This document shows positions 9,345-18,774 of a stretch of 39,862 bases of DNA, one piece after another. The position numbers and the translations under genes are program-made. Position 1 is the stretch's first letter, and each line of letters begins with the position of its first letter. Origin of the DNA: Vicinamibacterales bacterium (GTDB taxonomy: Bacteria > Acidobacteriota > Vicinamibacteria > Vicinamibacterales > 2-12-FULL-66-21); NCBI GenBank assembly GCA_046594705.1, contig JBKJRJ010000302.1:1-39862 (forward strand), read 5' to 3'. The notes beneath the pieces are model-generated. The model saw only the letters and a program-made list of their open reading frames with translations. It made no database searches and had not been told where the DNA came from.

Positions 9345-10239
9345 CGGTGTAGGTTGTGGTGTGCTCCGGCGTGATGCGCACGTCGAAGGCGAGCGGCTCG
9401 TAACCGGTCGCGCGCACTTCCACCCGGTGCGAACCCGATTCCACGTGCAGCCGCTGGAAGATGCCGTCGAAGTCGTCGACGACGCCAACGAAGTAGCCGT
9501 CGACGTAAACCTCCGCTTCGCGCGGCTTGATCCGCAGCTTCAATGAGCCTTCGTCGCTCGAGGTGTAGGTCGACTGCGGATAGGTCGGGTAGCCGCCGTA
9601 CCACGGGTCGTAGTAGCCGCCGTAGTCCCCACCGTAGCCGCCGCCGTACCCGTAGCCGTAGCTCCACGGATCGTAATAGCCGTAGCCACCGTAGTAGCCG
9701 CCGGGAATGTAAATACCGCCGCCGCCGCCGGTGGCGGGCGGAACGGAGCCGCGCGGCGCCGCCGTGCCGACCGGTTCGCGTCCGTCGCGGGGGCGCGCAT
9801 ACGTCGGGACGCCGCCGTTGCTGCCGCCGGTGCCAGTGCTGGTGCCGGTCGCGGTGCCGCCGTCGCGCGGCATCGCGCGTCCCGTCCCTTCGCGCCCGCC
9901 GGCGCGGCTGACGCCGCCGCTGTATCCGGATCCGCCGGACGAGCCGCCGCTGCCGGTGGCGCCTGAGCCAGAGCTGCCGGTCCGTTCGCCGCCGCGGCTG
10001 ACGCCATAGCCGCCTTCGCCGCCGCTGCCGGTCGAGCCGCCACCGCCGCCGCCCGAAGGCGCGCTTGGCGCCGAGTTCGCGTGCGGCGCGCCAGCGGGCG
10101 CGCCGCCGCTGCCGCGGGTTTCGCCGCGTTCTCCGGATTGTCCCGGCGCTTGCGCCTGCGCGAAGACCGGGGAGGCCAACAGAGTCGCCGAAGCGACGAC
10201 CGCGAGGGCGCTGCCGACGAGCCGAAGCGTTATTTTCAT
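9322..10239 (-). CDS. Secreted Gly/Ser- and Gly/Tyr-rich protein with C-terminal PEGA domain
   Basis: 305 aa. Signal peptide MKITLRLVGSALAVVASATLLASPVFAQA. A long G/S/T low-complexity region is followed by a GY-rich block (YYGGYGYYDPWSYGYGYGGGYGGDYGGYYDPWYGGYP). The C-terminus (LKLRIKPREAEVYVDGYFVGVVDD...HRVEVRATGYEPLAFDVRI) matches the PEGA pattern. SD GAGAGG lies upstream. Confidence 0.8.
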   Translation of the reverse strand: MKITLRLVGSALAVVASATLLASPVFAQAQAPGQSGERGETRGSGGAPAGAPHANSAPSAPSGGGGGGSTGSGGEGGYGVSRGGERTGSSGSGATGSGGSSGGSGYSGGVSRAGGREGTGRAMPRDGGTATGTSTGTGGSNGGVPTYARPRDGREPVGTAAPRGSVPPATGGGGGIYIPGGYYGGYGYYDPWSYGYGYGGGYGGDYGGYYDPWYGGYPTYPQSTYTSSDEGSLKLRIKPREAEVYVDGYFVGVVDDFDGIFQRLHVESGSHRVEVRATGYEPLAFDVRITPEHTTTYTGELKKIP

Positions 10240-10374
10240 GGCGTAGAACCTCTCTGGGTGAGAACCAGCAACCCGCCTGCCATCGTGATGCGCTCAGTAT
10301 CGGCTTAAAACGCCCGATTTGCACGTACTAAGCGGGTTCCGCTGTCCCCGCCGGTAGGCACGCGTCCCGTTTTC

Positions 10375-10404
10375 TTGACACCCCGATCTGTCGCCCGATA
10401 CAGT
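10375..10404 (+). promoter_or_regulatory. Candidate sigma-70-type promoter of hslVU: TTGACA-N18-TACAGT
   Basis: Perfect -35 TTGACA (10375-10380), an 18-nt spacer, then TACAGT (10399-10404). The ATG of hslV is 10 nt downstream, so the leader would be very short or absent. Confidence 0.45.
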
Positions 10405-10414
10405 CAGAAAATCG

Positions 10415-10942
10415 ATGTTTCACAGCACAACTATTCTTGCCGTCCGCCATCGCGGCCACGCCGTGCTCGCCGGTGACGGCCAGGTGACCTTCGGGCAGAC
10501 GGTGGTCAAGCACGGCGCGAAGAAAATCCGGCGTCTCTACAACGATCGCGTCCTCGCCGGGTTCGCCGGCTCCGCCGCCGATTCCTTCGCGCTGTTCTCG
10601 CGCTTCGAAGCCAAGCTCGAACAGTACCGCGGCAACCTGGAACGCTCGGCGGTCGAGCTCGCCAAGGACTGGCGCACCGATCGCATCCTGCGCCGCCTCG
10701 AAGCGATGCTGATCGTGCTCGATCAGTCGGCGACCTTCCTGCTCTCCGGCAACGGCGACCTGATCGAACCGGACGATGGCATCGTGGCGATCGGATCGGG
10801 GGGGCCGTACGCGCTCGCCGCCGCCAAGGCACTGGCGAACAACACCGAGCTCGAGGCGCGCGCGATCGCCGAGAAGGCGATGGCGATCGCCGGCGAGATC
10901 TGCATCTACACCAACGCCAACATCGCGGTCGAAGAACTGTAG
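10415..10942 (+). CDS. hslV: ATP-dependent protease subunit HslV
   Basis: 175 aa. [27 protein letters not shown]...[23 protein letters not shown]...[20 protein letters not shown]...[11 protein letters not shown]...GEICIYTN is colinear with HslV/CodW. Confidence 0.97.
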   Translation: MFHSTTILAVRHRGHAVLAGDGQVTFGQTVVKHGAKKIRRLYNDRVLAGFAGSAADSFALFSRFEAKLEQYRGNLERSAVELAKDWRTDRILRRLEAMLIVLDQSATFLLSGNGDLIEPDDGIVAIGSGGPYALAAAKALANNTELEARAIAEKAMAIAGEICIYTNANIAVEEL

Positions 10943-12324
10943 TGGCGATCTATCTTCCCGAAACGACCCAGACCTCCGCGGGCAACCTGACGCCGCGCCA
11001 GATCGTCGCCGAGCTCGACAAACACGTCGTCGGCCAGGCGGCGGCCAAGCGCGCGGTCGCGATCGCGCTGCGCAACCGCATGCGCCGCCAGAAGCTGGCG
11101 CCGGAGCTCGCTGAGGAGATCGCGCCGAAGAACATCCTGATGATCGGCCCGACCGGCGTCGGCAAGACCGAGATTGCCCGCCGGCTCGCGAAGCTCGCGC
11201 AGTCGCCGTTCCTCAAGATCGAAGCCTCGAAGTTCACCGAGGTGGGCTACGTCGGCCGCGACGTCGAGTCGATGATCCGCGACCTCACCGAGATCGCCGT
11301 GGAGCTGGTGCGCGAAGAGCGCACGGCGGAGGTGCGCGAGAAGGCGAAGGCGGCTGCCGAGGAGCGCGTGCTCGATTTGCTGCTGCCGCCGCTCCCCGCC
11401 GCCGCCGAGTTCGACGACAGCGCCGCGTCGATCCGGGAGCCGGCGCAGCGCACGCGCGAGAAACTGCGCGAGCAGCTGCGCGACGGGCGGCTCGATCACA
11501 AGCAGGTCGAGATCGACGTCCGCGAGCGATCCTTCCCGTCGTTCGAGATTATCGCCGGCTCGTCGGTCGAAGAAGTGGACATCAACCTCAAGGACATGCT
11601 GCCCGGCATGTTCCAGGGACGCACGCGCAAGCGCCGCGTGCCGGTGCCGGAGGCGCTCGACGCGCTGCGCCAGGAGGAAGAGCACAAGCTCGTCGACATG
11701 GACAGCGTCGCGCGCGCCGCGGTCGATCGCGTCCAGCAAGCCGGCATCATCTTCATCGACGAGATCGACAAAGTCGCCGGCCGGGAGGGAGGCCACGGCC
11801 CCGACGTCAGCCGCGAAGGTGTCCAGCGCGACATCCTCCCGATCGTCGAGGGGACGACGGTGAACACGAAATACGGGATGGTGAAGACGGATCACATCCT
11901 GTTCATCGCCGCGGGGGCGTTTCACGTCTCGAAGCCGTCGGACCTGATTCCCGAGCTGCAGGGCCGGTTTCCCATCCGGGTTGAGCTGGAGCCGCTCGGC
12001 CGCGAGGATTTCGTGCGGATCCTGACCGAGCCGAAGAACGCGCTGGTGCGGCAGTACACCGCGCTGCTCTCGACCGAGGGGGTGACGCTGACCTTCACCC
12101 CCGACTCGATCGAGCGGCTGGCGGACGTCGCGACGCTGGTCAACGAGCGGACCGAGAACATCGGCGCGCGGCGCCTGCACACCGTGATGGAGAAGCTGCT
12201 CGACAACGTCTCGTTCGACGCGCCAGACCTGGTCGACAAGGATCTCACGATTGACGCCGCCTACGTGGACCGGATGCTCGCGGAAATCGCGCGCAACGAA
12301 GATCTCTCGCGATATATCCTGTAG
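10942..12324 (+). CDS. hslU: ATP-dependent protease ATPase subunit HslU
   Basis: 460 aa. [34 protein letters not shown], Walker A ([15 protein letters not shown]), Walker B (IIFIDEIDK) and [13 protein letters not shown]. The GTG start overlaps the hslV stop (TAGTG). Confidence 0.97.
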   Translation: MAIYLPETTQTSAGNLTPRQIVAELDKHVVGQAAAKRAVAIALRNRMRRQKLAPELAEEIAPKNILMIGPTGVGKTEIARRLAKLAQSPFLKIEASKFTEVGYVGRDVESMIRDLTEIAVELVREERTAEVREKAKAAAEERVLDLLLPPLPAAAEFDDSAASIREPAQRTREKLREQLRDGRLDHKQVEIDVRERSFPSFEIIAGSSVEEVDINLKDMLPGMFQGRTRKRRVPVPEALDALRQEEEHKLVDMDSVARAAVDRVQQAGIIFIDEIDKVAGREGGHGPDVSREGVQRDILPIVEGTTVNTKYGMVKTDHILFIAAGAFHVSKPSDLIPELQGRFPIRVELEPLGREDFVRILTEPKNALVRQYTALLSTEGVTLTFTPDSIERLADVATLVNERTENIGARRLHTVMEKLLDNVSFDAPDLVDKDLTIDAAYVDRMLAEIARNEDLSRYIL

Positions 12325-12329
12325 GAACG

Positions 12330-13628
12330 TTGCCCATCATTGCATCCCGCCGCCCGCGCCTCGCGCCTTCCGTCACGGCCGCGCTGATCGCGTCGCTGGC
12401 GCTGCTCGCGGCGTGCGGCAAGAAGGGGCCGCCGCTCGCGCCGCTGGACAAGTCGCCCGAAGCGCCCGGCGCGGTCGTCGCGAGGCGGCTGGGGAATACC
12501 GTCTATCTGCAGATGAAGGTCCCGGCGAAAAGCGCGGTCGGCCCGGGGCCCTATTCCATCGATCATCTCGCCGTCTACGCGGTGACGCTGGCGCCCGGCG
12601 CGGTGGTGCCCGCCAACCGCGACCTGCTCAAGGCTGCGCAGATCGTGGCGCAGATCCCCGTCGCGCCGCCGCTCGACTCCGAGGCGCCCGAGCCGGACAC
12701 GCCGGAGACGCGGCCGCGTCCGGGTGACACCTTCACGTTCGTGGAGACGCTGACGCCCGAACTGCTGACGCCGCGCGTCATCACCAAGCCGCCGAAGGTC
12801 GAGCCGGCGCCGAAGGATCCCCCGCCGGCGCCGGTGCCGCCGGCCCCCGGCGCGGCGGCGGTTCCGGCGCCGCCTGCCGGGCCGCTCGTGCTGACGCGCG
12901 TCTACGTCGTCCAGGGGGTCACCGCCAATCGGCGGCCGGGGACGCCGTCGGTCCGCCTCGAGGTGCCGCTGCTGGCCGCGCCGGCTGCGGCGCGCGCCGC
13001 CGGCCCGAAGCCGACCTGGGATGCGACCTCAATCACCCTCACCTGGCAACCGCCTGCCTCGGCCACTGACGAGGCGCCGGGAGTCCAGTACAACGTGTAT
13101 GCCGTGGCGGCGGCAGGGTCGGCGGGCGCGGGCGCGGGCGCGGGCGTGCCGGTGACGGCGCCGGTGACCGCGCCGCTGCCCCTCAATCCGGCGCCGCTGG
13201 CCGAGACCACGTTTGCGCACGACGGCGCCGCGCCAGGCGTCGAGCAGTGCTTCGTCGTCCGCAGCGTGGCCGCGGTCGGCGTGGCGGCGATCGAAAGCGA
13301 CCCCTCGGATCCGATCTGCGTGACGCCGAGCGACATCTTTCCGCCGGCGGCGCCGAAGAATCTGCAGGTGGTCGGCTCGGCGGGCGTGATCAGCCTGATC
13401 TGGGACGCCAATAGCGACACCGATCTCGGCGGCTACCTGGTGTTGCGCGGTGAAGCGCCCGGTGACACACTGCAGCCGCTGACGCCGGCGCCGATCAAGG
13501 AAACCCGTTACCAGGATCGCTCGGCCAGGCCGGGCGTCACCTACGTCTACGCGATCGTCGCCGTCGACGGCGCCACGCCCCCCAATCGCAGCGCCCTGTC
13601 GAACCGGGTGCAGGAAACCGCCCGATGA
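12330..13628 (+). CDS. Lipoprotein with Pro/Ala-rich linker and fibronectin type III-like domains
   Basis: 432 aa, TTG start after AGGA. Lipobox LALLAAC-GKKGPPLAPL. Fn3-like segments are ITLTWQPPAS...YNVYAV and PKNLQVVGSAGVISLIWDANSDTDLGGYLVLRGE...YQDRSARPGVTYVYAIVAVD. Confidence 0.75.
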   Translation: MPIIASRRPRLAPSVTAALIASLALLAACGKKGPPLAPLDKSPEAPGAVVARRLGNTVYLQMKVPAKSAVGPGPYSIDHLAVYAVTLAPGAVVPANRDLLKAAQIVAQIPVAPPLDSEAPEPDTPETRPRPGDTFTFVETLTPELLTPRVITKPPKVEPAPKDPPPAPVPPAPGAAAVPAPPAGPLVLTRVYVVQGVTANRRPGTPSVRLEVPLLAAPAAARAAGPKPTWDATSITLTWQPPASATDEAPGVQYNVYAVAAAGSAGAGAGAGVPVTAPVTAPLPLNPAPLAETTFAHDGAAPGVEQCFVVRSVAAVGVAAIESDPSDPICVTPSDIFPPAAPKNLQVVGSAGVISLIWDANSDTDLGGYLVLRGEAPGDTLQPLTPAPIKETRYQDRSARPGVTYVYAIVAVDGATPPNRSALSNRVQETAR

Positions 13629-14428
13629 AGAAGTTCTACCGCATCGATTACCACGGCACGCCGCGCCACGTCATCGAGGCGGCGCCCGGCGGACCGTGGC
13701 GTCTGCTGGAAGGGGAGCTGTTCGAGAGCTACGAGGCGGGCGACGAGGTGGCGCGCGACGCGCACCGGCTGCTCGCGCCGATCACGCCGTCGAAGATCGT
13801 CTGCATCGGCCTCAACTACAAGGACCACGCCGCCGAGCAGGGTAAGCCCCTGCCGAAGGCCCCGCTGATGTTCATCAAGCCGTCCACGTCGGTGGTCGGT
13901 CCGGGCGACACCATCCTGCTGCCGGAGGGTATCGGGCGCGTCGACCACGAAGCCGAAGTCGGCATCGTGATCGGCCGGCGCGCGCACCACGTCACCGAAG
14001 CCGGCGCCGCCGGCGTCATCTTCGGGCTGACCTGCGTCAACGACGTCACCGCGCGCGAGCTGCAGCAGAAGGGCGCCCAGTACACCCACGCCAAGGGGTT
14101 CGACACCTTCGCGCCGATTGGCCCCTGCATCACCGCCGGCATCGACTATCACGCGATGGCGGGCGTCGGCATCGAGGGCTGGGTCAACGGCGATCGCCGC
14201 CAGAACTCCTCCACCAAGCAGCTGGTGTTCTCGATCGATTACCTGGTGGCCTATATCACCAAGGTGATGACGCTGCTGCCGGGAGACGTCATCGCCACCG
14301 GCACGCCGTCCGGCATCGGCCCGCTCAAGGCGGGCGACACGGTCACGGTCAGGATCCCCGGCGTCGGCGACCTCACCAATACCGTCGCCGACGAGACTCA
14401 CACCATCACGCAAGGGAGCAAGCCATGA
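13625..14428 (+). CDS. Fumarylacetoacetate hydrolase (FAH) family protein
   Basis: 267 aa. KIVCIGLNYKDHAAEQGKPLPKAPLMFIKPSTSVVGPGDTILLP...VDHEAEVGIVIGR...NDVTARELQ...KGFDTFAPIGP...LLPGDVIATGTPSGIG. An ATGA overlap joins it to the upstream gene. Confidence 0.93.
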   Translation: MKKFYRIDYHGTPRHVIEAAPGGPWRLLEGELFESYEAGDEVARDAHRLLAPITPSKIVCIGLNYKDHAAEQGKPLPKAPLMFIKPSTSVVGPGDTILLPEGIGRVDHEAEVGIVIGRRAHHVTEAGAAGVIFGLTCVNDVTARELQQKGAQYTHAKGFDTFAPIGPCITAGIDYHAMAGVGIEGWVNGDRRQNSSTKQLVFSIDYLVAYITKVMTLLPGDVIATGTPSGIGPLKAGDTVTVRIPGVGDLTNTVADETHTITQGSKP

Positions 14429-15081
14429 AACTCTTCATCGACTCCGGCCACCTGGCCGATATCGCAGCGCTGGTACCGCTCGGCATCATCGACGGTGTCA
14501 CCACCAACCCCTCGCTCCTCGCCAAGGAGCAGGGGGATTCGCGCCAGCTGCTCAAGCAGATCTGCGAGCTGGTGAAGGGGCCGGTGAGCGCCGAGGTCGT
14601 CGCCACGGAGGCGCAGGCGATGATCGCGGAAGGGCGCGAGCTGGCAAAGATCGATCCGCACATCGTGGTCAAGGTGCCGTTCACCCGCGACGGCGTCAAG
14701 GCCTGCAAGGCGCTGTCGAGCGAGGGCACCCGCGTCAACGTGACCCTGATCTTCTCGCCGACCCAGGCCCTGATTGCCGCCAAGGTCGGCGCCACCTACT
14801 GCAGCCCGTTCGTCGGCCGCCTCGACGACATCGCCACCAGCGGCATGCAGCTGATCCAGGAGATCGTCGGGATCTACGCCAACTATCCGTTCACCACCGA
14901 GGTGCTCGTCGCCAGCACCCGAGGTCCGTTGCACATCGTCGAAGCCGCCCGCATGGGCGCCGACATCTGCACCTGCCCGCCCGCGGTGATCGACTCGCTC
15001 TTCAATCACCCGCTGACCGATATCGGGCTCAAGAAGTTCCTCGCCGACTGGGAGAAAGCGCAGGCCGCGGCCACCCGCTAG
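14425..15081 (+). CDS. tal: Transaldolase / fructose-6-phosphate aldolase, short (type 3B) form
   Basis: 218 aa. MKLFIDSGHLADI...GVTTNPSLLAKE...VVKVPFTRDGVKACKAL...VNVTLIFSPTQALIAAKVGATYCSPFVGRLDDI...HPLTDIGLKKFLADWEK closely parallels Bacillus-type short transaldolases. An ATGA overlap joins it to the FAH gene. Confidence 0.93.
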   Translation: MKLFIDSGHLADIAALVPLGIIDGVTTNPSLLAKEQGDSRQLLKQICELVKGPVSAEVVATEAQAMIAEGRELAKIDPHIVVKVPFTRDGVKACKALSSEGTRVNVTLIFSPTQALIAAKVGATYCSPFVGRLDDIATSGMQLIQEIVGIYANYPFTTEVLVASTRGPLHIVEAARMGADICTCPPAVIDSLFNHPLTDIGLKKFLADWEKAQAAATR

Positions 15082-15108
15082 GCGGACCTCCGAGGCCCGG
15101 CGTCATCC

Positions 15109-16656
15109 ATGGACCCCATCAAACACCTCGAGGATCTCGAACGCCGCGCGGCGCTGGGCGGCGGCGAGGAGCGGCTGAAGAAACAGCACGACGCCGGCAA
15201 GATGACCGCGCGCGAGCGCATCGAGTTCCTCTTCGATCCGGGGACGTTCCTCGAGACCGACAAGCTGGTCACGCATCGCTGCCGCGACTTCGGCATGGAC
15301 GACCCCAGTCTGCAGATCCCCGGCGACGGCGTCGTCACCGGCTCGGGCCGCATCGACGGCCGTCCCGCGTATGCGTTCGCGCAGGACTTCACCGTGTTCG
15401 GCGGCTCGCTCTCCGAGACCAACGCCGCGAAGATCGTGAAGATCATGGACCTGGCGATGAAGATGGGCGCCCCGATGATCGGGCTGAACGACTCGGGCGG
15501 CGCGCGCATTCAGGAAGGCGTGCTCTCGCTCGGCGGCTACGCCGACATCTTTCTGCGCAATACGCTTGCCTCGGGCGTCATTCCCCAGATTTCCGCGATC
15601 ATGGGTCCGTGCGCCGGCGGCGCCGTCTATTCGCCGGCGATCACCGATTTCAACATCATGGTCGAAGGGACGAGCTACATGTTCGTCACCGGACCGGATG
15701 TCATCCGCACCGTCACGCATGAGGAGGTCACCAAGGACCAGCTCGGCGGCGCGATGACCCACAACGCGACGAGCGGCGTGGCGCATTTCGCCGTGCCGGA
15801 CGACCGCGAGTGCCTGCGCCTGATCCGCGAGTTGCTGTCGTACCTGCCAGGCAACAACGTCGACGAAGCGCCCCGGACCGAAACCGCGGATCCGGCGGAC
15901 CGCGAAGACGAGGCGCTCGACCGGCTCGTCCCGGCCTCGCCGAACCAGCCCTACGACATGCTGGATCTCATCCACGCCATCACCGACGAGGGGGCGTTCC
16001 TCGAGGTGCACCGCCACTTCGCGAAGAACATCATTGTCGGGTTTGCCCGGCTCGGGGGCCGCTCGGTCGGGCTGGTCGCCAATCAGCCGGCCCATCTCGC
16101 CGGCACGCTCGACATCGACGCGTCGGTCAAGGCGGCGCGGTTCGTCCGGTTCTGCGACGCCTTCAACATTCCGTTGGTGACGATCGAGGACGTGCCCGGC
16201 TTCCTGCCCGGCACGGTGCAGGAGTTCGGCGGCATCATCCGTCATGGCGCGAAGCTGCTCTACGCGTTCGCGGAAGCGACGGTGCCGAAGGTCACGCTGA
16301 TCACGCGCAAGGCCTACGGCGGCGCCTACTGCGTCATGTCGAGCAAGCACATTCGCACCGACGTCAACTTTGCGTGGCCGGGCGCCGAGATCGCGGTGAT
16401 GGGCCCCGAGGGCGCGGTCAACATCCTCTACAAGCGCGAGATCGACAAGGCCACCGACCCGCAGGCTGCCCGCGCCGCTCGCGTCGAGGAGTTTCGCGAG
16501 AAGTTCGCCAACCCCTACGTCGCCGCCGCGCGCGGCTTCATCGACGAGGTCATCCATCCGCGCCAGACCCGCGCGAAGCTGATCGCCGCCCTCGCCGGCC
16601 TCGAAACCAAACGCGACAAGAATCCCCCGAAGAAACACGGCAACATCCCGCTCTGA
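15109..16656 (+). CDS. pccB: Acyl-CoA carboxylase carboxyltransferase subunit (propionyl-CoA carboxylase beta / methylmalonyl-CoA carboxyltransferase family)
   Basis: 515 aa. [74 protein letters not shown] and [11 protein letters not shown]. The symbol reflects the family only; substrate specificity cannot be read from the sequence. Confidence 0.92.
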   Translation: MDPIKHLEDLERRAALGGGEERLKKQHDAGKMTARERIEFLFDPGTFLETDKLVTHRCRDFGMDDPSLQIPGDGVVTGSGRIDGRPAYAFAQDFTVFGGSLSETNAAKIVKIMDLAMKMGAPMIGLNDSGGARIQEGVLSLGGYADIFLRNTLASGVIPQISAIMGPCAGGAVYSPAITDFNIMVEGTSYMFVTGPDVIRTVTHEEVTKDQLGGAMTHNATSGVAHFAVPDDRECLRLIRELLSYLPGNNVDEAPRTETADPADREDEALDRLVPASPNQPYDMLDLIHAITDEGAFLEVHRHFAKNIIVGFARLGGRSVGLVANQPAHLAGTLDIDASVKAARFVRFCDAFNIPLVTIEDVPGFLPGTVQEFGGIIRHGAKLLYAFAEATVPKVTLITRKAYGGAYCVMSSKHIRTDVNFAWPGAEIAVMGPEGAVNILYKREIDKATDPQAARAARVEEFREKFANPYVAAARGFIDEVIHPRQTRAKLIAALAGLETKRDKNPPKKHGNIPL

Positions 16657-16706
16657 CCGCGGCCGCGCCGGTCCTCGCCGCGCCTCCCTGCACCGCGTGA
16701 ACCGCA

Positions 16707-16712
16707 TACAAT
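16707..16712 (+). promoter_or_regulatory. Candidate -10 box TACAAT exactly 7 nt upstream of GTG 16720 (leaderless-type internal promoter)
   Basis: The sequence is ccgcaTACAATtaacggcGTG, with no SD. Geometry is identical to 8470-8485. Confidence 0.35.
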
Positions 16713-16719
16713 TAACGGC

Positions 16720-18234
16720 GTGAGGGTCCTCGTCGCCAACCGGGGCGAAATCGCCGTCCGGGTCATCCGCGCCTGCCGCGAGCTCGGGCTCCCGACGGTG
16801 GCGGTCTACTCCGACTGCGACCGCGGCGCGCGCCACGTCCGCGACGCCGATCGGGCGATCCACATCGGGGCCAGCCCGGCCTCCGAGAGCTACCTCCGCA
16901 TCGACACGCTGATCGACGCCGCGCGCGCGACCGGCGCCGACGCCGTGCATCCCGGCTACGGCTTCCTGGCGGAGAACGCGGCCTTCGCCGCCGCCTGCCG
17001 CGACGCCGGACTGACGTTCATCGGGCCGTCGCCGGAAGCCATCACGCTGATGGGCAGCAAGACCGGGGCGCGCGCGGTCGCCAGCCGCGCGGGTGTGCCG
17101 GTGGTGCCCGGCACAGAGGCGCCGCTCGCCGCGTCGGCAACCGACGAACACATCGCCGCCGAAGGAGCGCGCATCGGCTATCCGCTGATGGTGAAGGCGG
17201 TCGCCGGCGGCGGCGGCAAGGGCATGCGCGTCGTCTGGAACCCCGGGGCGCTGCTCGATGCCGTGCGGACCGCGGGGTCGGAGGCGGGCTCGGCGTTCGG
17301 CGACGCCGCCGTCTACTTCGAGCGGCGCCTCATGAAGCCGCGCCACATCGAGATCCAGCTGCTCGCGGATCACCACGGCACGGTCATCCCCTTCGTCGAG
17401 CGCGAGTGCTCGATCCAGCGGCGCCATCAGAAGGTGGTCGAGGAGTCCCCCTCGATGTTCGTGGACGATGCGCTGCGCCGCCGGATGGCGGCGGCGCCCG
17501 CCGCGGTCGCGGCCGCCGCCGGTTACACCAACGCCGGCACCATCGAGTTCCTGCTCGACGAGGACGGTTCGTTCTACTTCCTCGAGATGAACACCCGCCT
17601 GCAGGTCGAGCACCCGGTGACCGAGATGGTCAGCCGCCTGGATCTCGTGCACTGGCAGATCCGCATCGCCCGCGGCGAGCGTCTGACGATCGACCCCGAG
17701 CGGGCGCTGACGCCGCACGGCCACGCCATCGAGTGCCGGATCTACGCCGAGGATCCGGACCAGGGCTTCATGCCGTCACCCGGCCTGATCCGCAGCATCC
17801 GCCCGGCGAGCGGCCCGGGGATTCGCGACGACGGCGGCGTGCTGCCGGGCTACACCGTGCCGGTGTTCTACGACTCCATGATCGCCAAGCTGATCGCGTG
17901 GGCCGGCACGCGCGAGGAGGCGATCCGCCGCATGTCCCGCGCGCTCGAGGACTACGAGGTGCTCGGCATCAAGACGACGATCCCGTTCTTCCTGTGGCTG
18001 ATGACCGAAGCCGACTACATCGCCGGCCGGTTCGACACCACCTACCTCGATCGGCTGCTGGCATCACGACGGGAGTCGTTCAGCACCTTCACCGACATGG
18101 AAGAGCAGCACATCGCAATCGCGGCCGCGCTCGACAGCTGGTTCCGCTCGAGCGGAGCTGCCGACGGTGCGTCGGTGACACCCGGGGGCAGCGCCTGGAA
18201 GGGCGTCGCGCGTCAGGACGCGTTGCGAGGATGA
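16720..18234 (+). CDS. accC: Biotin carboxylase subunit (ATP-grasp) without fused BCCP
   Basis: 504 aa. RVLVANRGEIAVRVIRACRELG, GYPLMVKAVAGGGGKGMRVV, EMNTRLQVEHPVTE and YDSMIAKLIAWA. It ends after about 50 aa of post-BC sequence with no biotinyl domain. Confidence 0.95.
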   Translation: MRVLVANRGEIAVRVIRACRELGLPTVAVYSDCDRGARHVRDADRAIHIGASPASESYLRIDTLIDAARATGADAVHPGYGFLAENAAFAAACRDAGLTFIGPSPEAITLMGSKTGARAVASRAGVPVVPGTEAPLAASATDEHIAAEGARIGYPLMVKAVAGGGGKGMRVVWNPGALLDAVRTAGSEAGSAFGDAAVYFERRLMKPRHIEIQLLADHHGTVIPFVERECSIQRRHQKVVEESPSMFVDDALRRRMAAAPAAVAAAAGYTNAGTIEFLLDEDGSFYFLEMNTRLQVEHPVTEMVSRLDLVHWQIRIARGERLTIDPERALTPHGHAIECRIYAEDPDQGFMPSPGLIRSIRPASGPGIRDDGGVLPGYTVPVFYDSMIAKLIAWAGTREEAIRRMSRALEDYEVLGIKTTIPFFLWLMTEADYIAGRFDTTYLDRLLASRRESFSTFTDMEEQHIAIAAALDSWFRSSGAADGASVTPGGSAWKGVARQDALRG

Positions 18235-18258
18235 TGGTTGCCGCCGTGAGCGTGGTCC

Positions 18259-18774
18259 ATGACGTTTGAAATCGAGCTGAACGGCCGCGGCCGCACCGTC
18301 TCGATCGAACGCGCCGGAACGGACCGCTACCGCGTCACGGTCGATGGGGTCGCCGCCCTGGTGGACGCCCGGCGCAGCGGCGACACCGGCGTCTCCATGC
18401 TGTTTGCCGACCACTCGCACCAGGGCGTGGCGGTGCACTTTGCGCCGGGCGCCACCAGGGGCGAGATGCTCGCCTACCTCGGCGGACGCCATATCGCGGT
18501 GTCGGTCAACGGCCGCCGCACCGGCCGCGCCGCGGTTGACAGCGGCGCCGGCGCGCACGGCGAACAGCGAGTCATCGCGCCGATGCCCGGGCGCGTCATG
18601 CGGGTGCTGGTCGCCGTCGGCGACGAAGTCGAGCCCCGGCAGCCGGTCGTCGTCGTCGAGGCGATGAAGATGGAGAACGAGCTGCGGTCGCCCAAGGCCG
18701 GGCGGGTCAAGGAGGTGGCCGTCACGGCCGGCGCCTCGGTCGAAGCCGGCCGCGTGCTGGTGGTGATTGAGTGA
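18259..18774 (+). CDS. Biotin carboxyl carrier protein (biotinyl domain with N-terminal extension)
   Basis: 171 aa. The C-terminal part (IAPMPGRVMRVLVAVGDEVEPRQPVVVVEAMKMENELRSPKAGRVKEVAV) carries the AMKM biotinylation motif. Confidence 0.9.
   Translation: MTFEIELNGRGRTVSIERAGTDRYRVTVDGVAALVDARRSGDTGVSMLFADHSHQGVAVHFAPGATRGEMLAYLGGRHIAVSVNGRRTGRAAVDSGAGAHGEQRVIAPMPGRVMRVLVAVGDEVEPRQPVVVVEAMKMENELRSPKAGRVKEVAVTAGASVEAGRVLVVIE

Noticed and set aside
10336-10340. GGAAC (minus strand) as an ECF -35 for the PEGA gene
   Set aside because: No CGTC/GTT-type -10 lies at 16-18 nt downstream. The pentamer alone is not significant. It is mentioned only in connection with the shared 9-mer.
10906-12180. 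424-aa minus-strand ORF
   Set aside because: It is antisense to hslU, whose identity is certain.
15103-17724. 873-aa minus-strand ORF, the longest alternative ORF in this region
   Set aside because: It is antisense to both the carboxyltransferase and biotin carboxylase genes and crosses their intergenic gap. No motifs; a GC-composition artefact.
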